The position numbers and the translations under genes are program-made. Source: Mayamaea pseudoterrestris (lineage: Eukaryota). Taken from it: a stretch of DNA of 64,000 nt. A model generated the notes under the pieces. The model ran no database searches and was not told the origin of the DNA. It was given only the letters and a program-made list of their open reading frames with translations. The stretch spans positions 2,542,001 through 2,606,000 of the forward strand of contig BROI01000002.1 of NCBI GenBank assembly GCA_027923505.1, in the 5' to 3' direction. Shown here one piece after another: positions 1 to 11,307 of the stretch. Positions within the stretch are counted from its first letter, which is position 1. Each line of letters begins with the position of its first letter.

Positions 1-375
1 ATCATTTCGTTCATGTCTCCTACGTCTGATGCATCAACATTTTCAGTCTCTACTCGCTCGTTGTCCTTTTTGCCTTCGAATGACATTGGAAGTGGCTGGT
101 CCCGTGGGCGATAGCAGTCATGTACCTGTATGTAGTGAAAGTCATGTGGGTTGTGGGTTGTGAGTTGTGAGACGCTGCCCTCTCCGCGCGGCGCGACAAG
201 ATTGCGTCGCATCGTTAATCATTACTCGCACTGGCACTCGTTGATACGCAGCAACAACATCCGTTTTCTTGTTGTTCATTCGATTACTCCTACAACTTCA
301 AGGCATGGCGGACGAGTGATTTACGAGACCCAACACATCATATCCTTCAACAGCAGCTCGTTAGCCAGTCACTCG

Positions 376-1259
376 ATGGGAGAAAAGGTTGTAAATGTGA
401 GCATTGATGCCGTCAACGATGACAGTAGCAGCAGCTACGAACCAGAATACGAGGTCGAAACGGTCACTATCTCGACCGGCAAAATTAAGCTGCAAGTCCT
501 CTCCGTGGTGCCACCTCCTTTGGAGTACATGTCTGCATTACATTCGCGTAAAGAAGAGATTAGTGGACGACAGGTGTGGGCGGGATCTTTGGTCCTAGCG
601 AACGTTCTTTGTCAGGGTATGTACAAGGGAATGTTCGACGATAAGCAAATCCTTGAACTTGGCAGTGGCACAGGTAAGCCAACGCGCTGTGTGTTAAACG
701 CCAATCTGTTCCACATGCAATTAAATTTGGTCACAATTTATAATCAGGCTTACTTGGCATGGCTATTGTCAAAGTTTCGCGCAATTGTCAAGTCACCTTG
801 ACTGATGGTGATCCCTTGGCCATCGAATTGCTCCAACAAAATTTGCAAAACCCAGACAATGGGCTAGATCCTGCAGCTATACAATCTACGCTTTTGCTTT
901 GGTCAGAAGCCATTAATCAGGGCCACGAGTTTTGTCGCTGGTGTCGCAAGACGTGGAGCAAGCCCGAGGCTGATGCCATTCGCTTTGATTACATTCTGGC
1001 TGGCGACGTCTTGTACAAGGATGCGCTTCCGTCCCTCTTCTTTGCGACGGTGCGATCACTATTGGCAGACAATGGAGTCTTGTTCCTTTGTCATGTTCCA
1101 AGAGCCAATGTCAATCATGAAGTAGTGCTGAAAGCTGCCATGGTCGCAGGTTTCTCATGCGAGGATGAAGGGTGCTTGGATCTTGCTGCTTTGGGAGAGG
1201 GAGAGTGCTCCATGGACGACCTGAATAGAGCGCGCGTATATAAAATGTCGCTACAGTGA
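376..1259 (+). CDS. Class I SAM-dependent protein lysine methyltransferase (METTL21/Methyltransf_16-like), 2 exons, intron 674-747
   Basis: Motifs GRQVWAGS, ILELGSGTG|LLGMA (restored by the GT-AG intron), VTLTDGD and YILAGDVLY. Confidence 0.85.
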
Positions 1260-1676
1260 CATTTCAAACACTTCTCCATAAAAGGATGTTTTATTGATCT
1301 ACCATGCTTTTGTTGCTCCTTGGTCAACATGACGAAATTGTTTCAAGTGAAAAAGGCATAACGTGGGGTCAAGCTCAAGCCTGATAAGAAATTGTTGGTG
1401 ATGTAAAACCTGCAATCAAATCATGCTTACCTACCGGTTGATCATATTCTTTAGTAGGTGTACAGCACCGGCAGGGCGGGGGTTGCGACAACACTGATGT
1501 CCCCACAGTCGAGGCTGCCACGATCCATTTCAATTGCCAATAGGCAAAATCTTGGTTGTGGCGCATACAGTTGATGTATATATAGCGGTAGTCGTACCAA
1601 GACTGCAACAACGAAAGTGAAGAGGAACAGTAGCTCTTCTTTAAACCCGCTACGACATCAGTAATTTCATTTGTGA

Positions 1677-2552
1677 ATGACGACGAGACGGACCAAATCC
1701 ACCATGAGGATTCATTTCGTCATGGCATGCCTGTGGGCGGTGCGACTGAACGGACTACACCACTCTTCAGTTCTATTTTCCCCAGTAAGTGCTTTGGGTA
1801 TCACTGCTCGAAACAGAATGACTTCGACGAACGAAGATGTATCGGCAGGTCAAGCTGATATTGGTGCCGCGTCCTCGAGCTCGAGCAAACAAGATGTCGC
1901 GGTTGGAAACATGTCGTGGAGAAACATGCTTGAACGCTCCAGCAACCGATCGCGAAAGATTCGCGGGAGCAACTATGTGCAAATTGCCACAGTCGACCCC
2001 GCTACTAATGAACCAAGATGTCGTACCGTCGTCTTTCGAGGCTTCCAATCACTACCAACCGACCATTCGCTGAATTCAGAATGCGACGGATTGCCATGCG
2101 TCGCCAAGATGATTACCGATATGAACTCGGAAAAAGTGTCGCAGATATCACATCATTCTAATCACGTCGCTGAACTCCTTTGGTGGTTTCCTCGCAGCAG
2201 TGAGCAATATCGAATTCGAGGCGATGTTATCTTTGTCGGCAATGGACAATTTGAAACGGACAATGACGAAGCGTTGAAAGCAGCCAGGAAGCAGATGTGG
2301 GGAAATATAAGCGACTCTGCCAGGGAAAGCTTTCTATCTGGTGCAATTCCCGGCCAGCGCTTCGTCGAACTAACGACTTGTCCACCTACAGGAGGAAGAG
2401 GTGAAGATGGCAAGGTACTTCCTGCACCAGACAACTTTCTACTTATGCTATTGCTTCCCAAACACGTCGATTACTTAAGCTTGTCAAACAACTATCGACA
2501 GGTTGACAGCTGTGTTGACGGATCATGGAAGTCACAGCGAGTCATGCCATGA
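1677..2552 (+). CDS. Pyridoxamine 5'-phosphate oxidase-related FMN-binding protein
   Basis: Motifs YVQIATVD..PRCRTVVFRGF, ITDMNSEKVSQI, ELLWWFPRSSEQYRIRG and PDNFLL..P.HVDYL. The N-terminal extension looks like a targeting peptide; exact start uncertain. Confidence 0.8.
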   Translation: MTTRRTKSTMRIHFVMACLWAVRLNGLHHSSVLFSPVSALGITARNRMTSTNEDVSAGQADIGAASSSSSKQDVAVGNMSWRNMLERSSNRSRKIRGSNYVQIATVDPATNEPRCRTVVFRGFQSLPTDHSLNSECDGLPCVAKMITDMNSEKVSQISHHSNHVAELLWWFPRSSEQYRIRGDVIFVGNGQFETDNDEALKAARKQMWGNISDSARESFLSGAIPGQRFVELTTCPPTGGRGEDGKVLPAPDNFLLMLLLPKHVDYLSLSNNYRQVDSCVDGSWKSQRVMP

Positions 2553-2585
2553 TTTAATTAGCAAAAGTTAAGATATACGAGTATA

Positions 2586-5500
2586 TCATTTACACTTCCA
2601 AAATAGTGATGGAAGTCCAGTACCGACGGGAACATTCATGCCCATAATGATACACTCGCTGACTCCAACAATTGCGTCCGTTCTTCCGTGTACGGCAGCG
2701 TCAAACAAGTGGTCCGTCGTCTTTTCGAAAGATGCCAGCATCAGCACGCTCTCGCGCATCTTTGACACACCGAAACGCGTAATTCCTAATACTTCACCCT
2801 TGAAAGTCATTACATCGGAGAGCAGCAGCAAATGCCGTTGATCAATACCAATACCTGCGAGCACGAAACGGGAAGGGATTTGTGAGAAACCGACGCTTTG
2901 CCAGCACGCTGTGCCAATTGACAATGTATCATTTACCGTAAGCGCTCATGATGTTCATGATCTCGGCAGAAATTTGTGTGCGTGCAGCCTCCACCCCAAG
3001 AACCGTTTCTACTTCCAAGACATGGTTTGTTGTTGTCTGTAGCCCGTCAATTCCCTGTGACACAGTTCAACCGAGTCAGTGAGGCACACTAAAATTCAGC
3101 ATACAAGAATAAAAAATATAACTTACCGGGCTTCCCATGACATCCTGCAATCCGTAGCCTTCCATTAGCAAGTTGTACGTTGGTGAGCTGCCCTTTTCGC
3201 TCTCGTTGATAACGGCTCGCTGAATAGAGGGAATACCTTGCACAATGACCTCTGGAAGCGCTGCCTTGAGCAACTGCAAAGCAAAATACGGTTTCGACTT
3301 GATCTCGCCTTCTGGTGGAACAAGCACACGGAACTTGGATCTCGATCCACGCTTGATAAGTACATGTTGCTCTTTGATGGCGCGCAACGTCGTATTTCGA
3401 GTGACTCCTCGCGTACCCTGCAAAAGAACTCGCCGCACAGTGTAGGCGTCGACGTTCAACTTTAACTGCTCGATGGCCTCCATGTCAAGCTCCACACTGA
3501 CATAACAATTCTTCGGCGAATACACTTCCTTTATGTACTTCGAAACTTGTCCGAGTGTCGTCTTTTCGATGACTGTGGTGGAAGATGCATAGTGAGATTG
3601 GGGAATTAGCCACCAGAACGTACAGTACAACAATGAAAGCTCTTTGCTTAACTTACCAGATTTGCAAAGGCGAGCCGCCAGCTTGTTGTCGTCTTGAATA
3701 AGCTTTCCAGTGATAATTGGTGTTGAGATAAGCTTCGCAGCGTTAATAATTTCTTTCAAGCGTGGGACACCGAGGGTCACATTCATGCTGCTGATGCCAC
3801 TGAAATGGAACGTCTTCGCAGAATAAGGAGGTAAGAGGGAATCAAAGTCTTTGGAGCAAGTACAACTTAGCAAGCTTACCTTTAACGTCATCTGGGTTCC
3901 TGGTTCACTGATACTTTGGGCTCCAATGGCGCCACATGCTTCGCCTGGTTCGACGTAAGCTATCTGGTACTTGTTAAGCGCAATATCTAAAAAAGTATCG
4001 AGCTGTGTCGTGGAAAATCGGCATCTATTCCAAGCGCGAACATCCATGCTGGACGGACTTGCAGTATTTTCCGAAGCAAGTATTCTCCACTGATCGGCAA
4101 GATCTGCAAAGTAGGTATAAATACTTTGCAAGAAAACACTTCCTGTCGGTAAACGCTGAAATCTATCCTCGAGAAGAATTGCTTTCACCTTTTCCATGAG
4201 CTCAAGTGGCGCCATGCCAGTCTCGTCGTGACATGGATGCGTTTCGGTAACATGTCGATGCACTCGGCGAAAATCGACGGGCCGATCATTGTCTTCCATC
4301 GACTGAGGATTGAGGCCATCGTCGCCGTAGATAAATTGCACAACAGTATTCTCGGAGTTGCGCACCGAATTGTCATACTGCAGGGAAAGATCCTCCAGAG
4401 CTTTCATCAATCGCCGAGCCATATAACCCGTCTCTGCGGTCTTTACAGCTGTATCGACCAAACCTTCGCGGCCACCCATAGCATGAAAAAAAAACTCGGT
4501 CGCTGTCAAACCGGAATAAAACGAATTTGCAACAAAACCCTTAGCTGAGGGAGTCAAACTGTTGTGCTCAAAGTGAGGCAAGGTTCTGTCAACAAAACCA
4601 TTCTCAATTCGCTTCCCTCCAACGGCTTGCTGGCCAACAATCGCTATCATTTGCGATATGTTCAGTGGACTACCTTTAGATCCGCAATCAGCCATAATTC
4701 GTGGACTATTTGACCACGGTAGCGCCTTCATCGCAGCTTGTCCAGCTGATTCACGCAGCCGACCAAGCAAACCATTGAGAATTTCTTCGAGCGATTGAAG
4801 CATGTCGCACCCGGGACGGAGCTCGAGCTCGCCTTTTTCATAGGCGTCAATACTTTCAGCAGCCTGTAAAGATGTCGAGTTAGAATAAAATTGATGCACC
4901 GCACGCATACTGCGTGATTTGACACACCTGTTGGTAACCTTGCAAGAGGATGCGATGCTTAATATCCTGCAGGTGCTGAGATGGGGTGACATCTGATATA
5001 CCGATCGACAATCCTTTGTGGCTCCCCATGAAACGGCCGCAAAACTTAGCCCAACGGTTAAGAATTCTCGCGGCGGAGGCCGAGCCGACATCTCGAAGAG
5101 CTACGTACAAAAGACCAGTTTTGCTCCCATCGCCTAAGGTTTTCTTGGCAATGTTCCCACTGATCAACTCCCCTTTCAGTATGGTAACCCATCCGTCGTT
5201 TGGACAGAAATGCTTGTTATTCGTGTAATTCTTCTCCTTGTGTTCAAAACTGACCGCAATACTTGAGGTCTTGTTCGGCACTAATAACATAGAAAACAGT
5301 TGCTTGCCAGTCCACAGCTCACGCGGTTTTAAAATGGCAGGAAGTGGCAAATCGATGTGCTCCTCGCCATCCGAGTAGTACGAAACAAGCTGGCAAAAGT
5401 GTTCACGGTTGAAAAAGACATTTCGCTGAGTCAACATGTATGCTGCTGACAAAAAATCCTGACTTGCGGCTACTAATGGTTCGCCATTGCGGGGCGTCGT

Positions 5501-7336
5501 TAAGTTTTGCTCGACGCCCATGAGCAACGCGGCTTCCGTACGTGCTTCTTCTGTTTGTGGGAGATGCATATTCATCTGTTGAAAAGAGAAAGCGACAATG
5601 TTAGCAAATGCTTCACGATGTGACGAACAACACCTTTGCAATCCAAGGGCACTAACCTCATCGCCATCAAAATCGGCATTGTATGGGGCACAGACGCAAG
5701 TATTAAATCGGAATGTCAAAAATTCCATGACCTTGACGCGATGCGCCATGATAGACACCTTATGCAGACTAGGCTGTCGATTAAACAGCACAACGTCGCC
5801 GTCTTCCATATGTCGTTCCACAGTGTCCCCGATACGCAATTTTTTCGCTGTAACGTTGCGATCTCCAAACGCAAGACTTTTGATAAACGTTTCATCCTTT
5901 AACCGAATCAAGTTAGCGCCGGGCCAGATGTTCGGTCCGTTCAGCACCCTTTGGCGAAGTTTTTCGATATTAACACTTGAAACACGCTCAGGATATGTCA
6001 TTGTCATGGCAACCTTTTTGGGGACAACAACTTCATTAATTGATACGTTCGGATCGGGCGAGATGACAGTTCGTGCTGAGAAATCCACGCGTTTGCCAGA
6101 CAAGTTACCACGAAAGCGACCTTGCTTTCCTTTGAGTCGTTGACAAAGCCTATAGGTAGTGAAAGTGAGAATGAGGATGAGTCGAACGGTGACGCGCCCT
6201 AAAAACCTGCTCCTACTATGGTCAGCTCAATCGACTTACCCCCTCATTGGCTTAGATCCCATTGGTCGCTGCATTCCAGGAAGCTCCCCATTTATGTACT
6301 GGGCAACCTGAACCTGCAAGAAATCCCATTCTTCGATTATCGTACGTGTGACAGGGCCTTTACTCAAGGCGAGCTCCAACGCGACATTAACGTCGATAAT
6401 CTCCTGCAACTTGACAGTCAAATCGTCTTCATTGGAGCCTCCGCCCACATCCATGGCCACCGAAGGTCGTATCGGAACTGGCGGCACCAAGAGCTTTTGC
6501 AATATCAGATTCTCGGGTCGCCCAATCAACGGATCCAGCCACAATATTTCACAATCAGCATCGGTAATTCTTCGAAACAAGTCCAAAACAACCGTCGGCA
6601 ATAACTCCTCTACTGGAGGTGTCGAAGAATCCAAAATAGTTGCAATATCCTTATTGTATCGCATGGCTGCTTGAAGATCGTTGCGAAATATTTCGCGATC
6701 CTCCTCAGCCTTTTTAAACTTGAGTCGCTCGTGCACAATCTTGAGGGTGGGTGCGCCGGTAATCTTCTTAACAGTTCCATTGGTTGCCATGCAATGTGGA
6801 CACTGCCTAACCTTTTTGGTTTTCTCAATGAGTTTCTTAAATGTGGCAGCCTTAGCCAAGACATCGGATTTCGGATGTCGCATCTTTTGCAAGTGCTTAA
6901 GTCTCTCCGAGTCCACCAGCATGACACGAGAGCAGGTTTTGCAAATGCACTGCAGTAAATGGAGTGTATGACGAAGAAAACCAATGTGGAAGACTGGGAG
7001 CGCGAGTTTAATGTATCCATAGTGACCGGCGCAGTCAACGAGCTTTCGCTTGCAGGTTTCGCAGGACGACACCTTGTCGGACACACCAAGACGTGGATCA
7101 AGACACCCACCCCGGGCGGGTTGTCGCGTCGGCATTGTAAATAACTCTCGAGAGCTAACTTGAAACTCTGCCATGCGTTGCATTTCGGCGGGTGAAAAGA
7201 AGCAAAACTGAAGGTGACTGATGCGTTTCGGTCGAAGATTTTCCTTGACGAGTTGATTGTTTGATCCTGGTGCATAATCTTGGACAGTGGTGTCCGCGAA
7301 TGTGACGGATGCATTTTTATTCATATTGGTATCCAT
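2586..7336 (-). CDS. RPC1: DNA-directed RNA polymerase III largest subunit; introns approx. 6150-6239, 5576-5656, 4864-4927, 3814-3879, 3573-3656, 3055-3126, 2855-2936
   Basis: Zn clamp (CETC..CAGHYG), [23 protein letters not shown], catalytic NADFDGDE, bridge helix [18 protein letters not shown], and a Pol III-type C-terminus ([31 protein letters not shown]) with no heptad CTD. Confidence 0.95.
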
Positions 7337-7591
7337 TTGTTTTGACGCTGCGTAAAAGGATGAGAGTGCGCTGATATCTTGAGATCATTGTCATGGTGCG
7401 TAGTGTTGTGCGATCGGAGCCATTCAAAAGAAATTGGACCACCTAAAGTCCTACCGGTTATTGGGTCACCGCTGCGACATTTAATTGCATGGAACGAGCG
7501 GCGCGCGCTCGACCATGACGCATTTATTCGATGCCTGTTATACAAGCATTAACCGATCAGATAGATACTCACTCTGCCTCTGACAAAAACA

Positions 7592-8182
7592 ATGTCCGCA
7601 TGGGAGCGATCGCGACATATTCCATGGAGCCGCATACCGCAACAAGGCTCCAATTTGGAGCAACAGCGCGAGCAAATCTTTCGCCAGCTTCAGCGCGAGG
7701 CCATTGAGGAGGAACTCCGCCTGCAGGAGCGTCATCAAGGCGCGCCAACCACCGCGGAGGATGGGACAGCCAAACACGTTCCAACTAAAGTTCCATACTC
7801 TACCATGGAAATGTTGCGCTTCGCTGCGTTTGGAGGAACCATTGGAGCCATTACAGGCACGGTTTTTGGCTTTATGGATTCACTGCGAAGTGCCGGAGAA
7901 TCGTCGGTCTTGGTAAACGCTTCCAACCAAGCCAAGGGCCGCTATATACTGCAAGGAACATCTCGATCTGCATTTACCTTTGGAGCTTTCTTTGGAGGAT
8001 TTCAGGTCGCGAAATATGGAATAAGAACGGCGGTTGACCCAGGTGAAATTGCGGAAATTGGCTTGGCTGCGGCAGCCTCGCTCGGGGTGCTTGCCAGTCG
8101 GCCCAACGCGCGGCCATACATGCCATATGCCTTCATGTTGATTGGCATGGATGCGGTGCAGTTGTATATGCGTAAGGGTTAG
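7592..8182 (+). CDS. Tim17/Tim22/Tim23-family membrane protein
   Basis: Gly-rich transmembrane segments FGGTIGAITGTVFG and SAFTFGAFFGGFQVAKYGIR; 196 aa. Confidence 0.65.
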   Translation: MSAWERSRHIPWSRIPQQGSNLEQQREQIFRQLQREAIEEELRLQERHQGAPTTAEDGTAKHVPTKVPYSTMEMLRFAAFGGTIGAITGTVFGFMDSLRSAGESSVLVNASNQAKGRYILQGTSRSAFTFGAFFGGFQVAKYGIRTAVDPGEIAEIGLAAAASLGVLASRPNARPYMPYAFMLIGMDAVQLYMRKG

Positions 8183-8278
8183 AACATGCAGTTGGGCATT
8201 GCTTGTGCGTCAAACATGTTACCATTCAACACCCTATTACTGTGTAAAGTTCGGAAATGTAACATGATACTTATAATG

Positions 8279-9546
8279 CTACAGGCCAACTCTGGCATCC
8301 TTTTTTATTCGCTTACGCTCATCTTCGCGCTTTTGAATTTCCACCGGATCATAACGCATTTTGTAGTCATCACTCTCATTCATAGCTCGGGCTCGCTCTG
8401 CCAATTCAGGAAACTGCTCATAGAGCGTACACAGCCACTTCCATGCCATGCGCGTCCGACCTGACCGCGTCTTGCGCCAAACCTTGTCAAAATTTTGAAA
8501 CGAGCAAAAGTTTTGCGTCACGCCAACAGTGTCGGTAAGGTTGAGCACCGCGTGCGACCAGCCGTTTGGGACAAAGACCGTTTCGCCTGCGTTTTGCGTA
8601 AATTCGTACACGGCAAAGTTTCTATACTCTTCTTTGTCGCAATTCTTCTTGGCTTCCTGCTTGATGCGAGGCAAAATTGTCATGAAGAAATGAATTGCCT
8701 CGTCATCCTCGTCATCAGACACCAACCCCTTGCCCTTGTAAATGCTCTTCCTGACGTGGGGTGGAAACAAACACCAGCGCTTCTGACCGACAATGAGTGT
8801 GTTCCAAGCATTAGTTGCGAGGGGGTCAATGTGAATACATGTGCCACTTCTTTCTGGTCCAACGAGCCACCATCTGAGGCAGAAGAAACAAATGAACAAT
8901 CAGCACACATAGAGTTTTCGACTACGCCATGTGATTCGAAACAAAAGACATACCGATAAGGAGGACGGCGACTTTCCTTAACGAGTCCAAACAGGTCATG
9001 GCGAAAGTATGAAGGAACGCGATAATCCAGAAGAAGGCTCTTGGCCGCTTTATCCTCGTCGAAACCCGAGTCGAAAACGTACAACGGCGAATCGTCTTTG
9101 TTGTGTTCCATGTAATCCATAAAATGGCTGAGTCTTACTCGAATATTGTCACCATCGTCGTCCTCTCCACACTTGAATTTACGATTCATTATACCTTCGT
9201 CCTTTTTGAGTGCCTCTAATCGCCATTTGTCAACAGCTTTCCATGGGCCGACGAGCGATCCGCCCTCATAGCCAGCAGGGATGTTTTTGATGAGACATGG
9301 ATACTCTTTTGCTTCGTAATTTTCATGGAAATCAGCTACAGTGAGTATTCTAGCATCCAATATAATCGGATAGTTGCGAGGAGCCTCATCGTGAGAAAAC
9401 TGGAACGACTTAAATTCCTCGGAAGGAGAAGCATTCAAGGCATCTCGCCAAGCTGGAAATGTCTTCCATAATCTATCCGCTCCCCAGTCTTTTAATTCTG
9501 GCCGGTGATCCCTCTTGGCTTTCTCCATGCGTTCCCTCCATCCCAT
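8279..9546 (-). CDS. JMJD6: JmjC-domain protein JMJD6 (lysyl hydroxylase/arginine demethylase), intron 8874-8953
   Basis: DDSPLYVFDS, RRPPYR|WWLVGPERSGTCIHIDPLATNAWN, and GETVFVPNGWSHAVLNL..TVGVTQNF. Confidence 0.9.
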
Positions 9547-9826
9547 GCTTCCATAATCTTTTCTAGCCAATGATCAAGGTGAGTTTTGTTCGGTCACTGG
9601 AGCAACACGAACCTTTCCCACCATTGGCCGAGACTGCCTCGAGACCTGCTTTTGTGGTCGTCACGCTTCCGTCACAACTGTCGCAGCGGTTGATATGAGT
9701 GACGATACGACGTGTGCGAGGTGCACAAAACATCGGATCAAAAAACTTGCAGGTGCAGCCGCATGTCGGGGCGGACGAGCTGTGCGAGGCAAGCATTTAA
9801 CGACAACAAAACACTTCTTTACGCCA

Positions 9827-10895
9827 ATGGGGAAACATATTGAGCTACTTAGTCTCTACTTGGCGTTTTTCTTACACCTAGCACTTGTGACAACATTCCA
9901 ACTCGATCAGCAGCCGTCGTCAAATCGCTCACAAATTGTGTTGCAGGGCGAAAAGACAAACAAGGCGATGGCTTTTTTAAAAAGAATTGGCAAGATTGGA
10001 GGTGAAGCTAATAAAGACTACAGGTTTGCTCTTGGCGTTGACGAAGGGCCGTCAGGCAAAGCCATGTCGAGTCGAGCGTCGCCTGTAAGTATGCGCGCGT
10101 TGCATGTTGTTGGGTGCTAGTGACGCCATTTGTCATGTGCGGAACCGATATAGACTTGCGAAGACCTTCCTCGTTATGCTCACATATCTGAAACGATTTT
10201 TGAGCTCATGCAGCTTCAGAAAGTCGCGAAATCTTACACATCCTGTGTCGATTTTGGATGCATTGATGATGTTTCCCAGCCTTTTCCAACGACAACCTGC
10301 GGCACCAATTGGTCTGGATTTACAGACACCGTTATGGGCGGTGTATCGCAGGCAAGTCTTGCCCGCGAGTATTTTTTGGATCGACGTCAATCGTCTTGCG
10401 AGGTCGCGTAAGTCTTTTGAACAACGGCGGATTCATTCAAATGGCTTGCTTTCTGCATCCACAACAAATAGCTGTGGATGCGTCTGCTTACGATGGAATT
10501 GAAATAAACGTTGCTTGTGAGGCGGATGAGCTTGTAAAAGTGGAGGAGACGTTCAATGTTCAGTAAGTGCGAAACTTTTCGCAGTCCAGTTGGTTACGTT
10601 GCTCCCAACCGAATCTATTTTGCTGACTTGTCATATTGTTTCAAGTTTAAAAACCAGTGCTTGTATTCGGCCCTTCTCTTCGTATAGAGCATCATTTCAG
10701 GCTCCCTCAAATGGGCAATGGAAGTTGGTACGGATTCCGTGGAGCCATTTTCGAGGTCGCGGACCTGGGGCAGTTGACCAGCCGCTAGATGTTTCAACTC
10801 TGCTAAGAGCGGGCATTGTTGCTATTGGCAAGCCAATGAAGGTGGTTTTGGGCGTATCATCGTTTCGATTCTACAAAGAAGCTGACCTACACTGA
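9827..10895 (+). CDS. CIA30/NDUFAF1-domain protein, probably plastid-targeted; introns ~10085-10213 and ~10563-10645; apparent 1-nt frameshift at 10372-10377
   Basis: WSGFTDTVMGGVSQA, LRGRVSLLNNGGFIQM, DASAYDGIEI, SYRASF..W.LVRIPWSHF; N-terminal signal peptide. Confidence 0.75.
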
Positions 10896-11307
10896 GCAGC
10901 TGACTAGCCTGCGATGCTTAGAACGTATAAAGCTCACAAACTAGCTATGATGTCTTTAAACTCCATTTTTGTCGCATGAGTTTCTACTGGTCTGGCAGTT
11001 GCTCAATCGGCAATGGAGAAGGGTACAATACCGGTACAGTACATAGCTGACTGTCGCTCCACGACCCCAACGGAAATCTTTCTCCGGGCGTCGGACGAGC
11101 TGCGCCGCGCCTTTCGTGTCCGCGCAAAACCACATTGCTTATCGCTTTGAAGAAAGCTGCAAGGATCCATTCAGTTACTATTCGACCACGCATCAACGCC
11201 ATCATTATAAAGACGCCGCATTAATTCAAAGTGTACGTCCCTGAGTGCGCAAAAAGCCATTGTCAGAAGCCATCTCACTGAAATACATATCAGTCAGATC
11301 AGCCACC

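Noticed and set aside
1..86. Possible minus-strand gene start (MSFEGKKDNERVETE...) running off the window
   Set aside because: Too short to support; no recognisable motif.
151..375. N-terminal extension of ORF 151-801
   Set aside because: Non-ATG start in a eukaryote; the ATG at 376 fits the methyltransferase.
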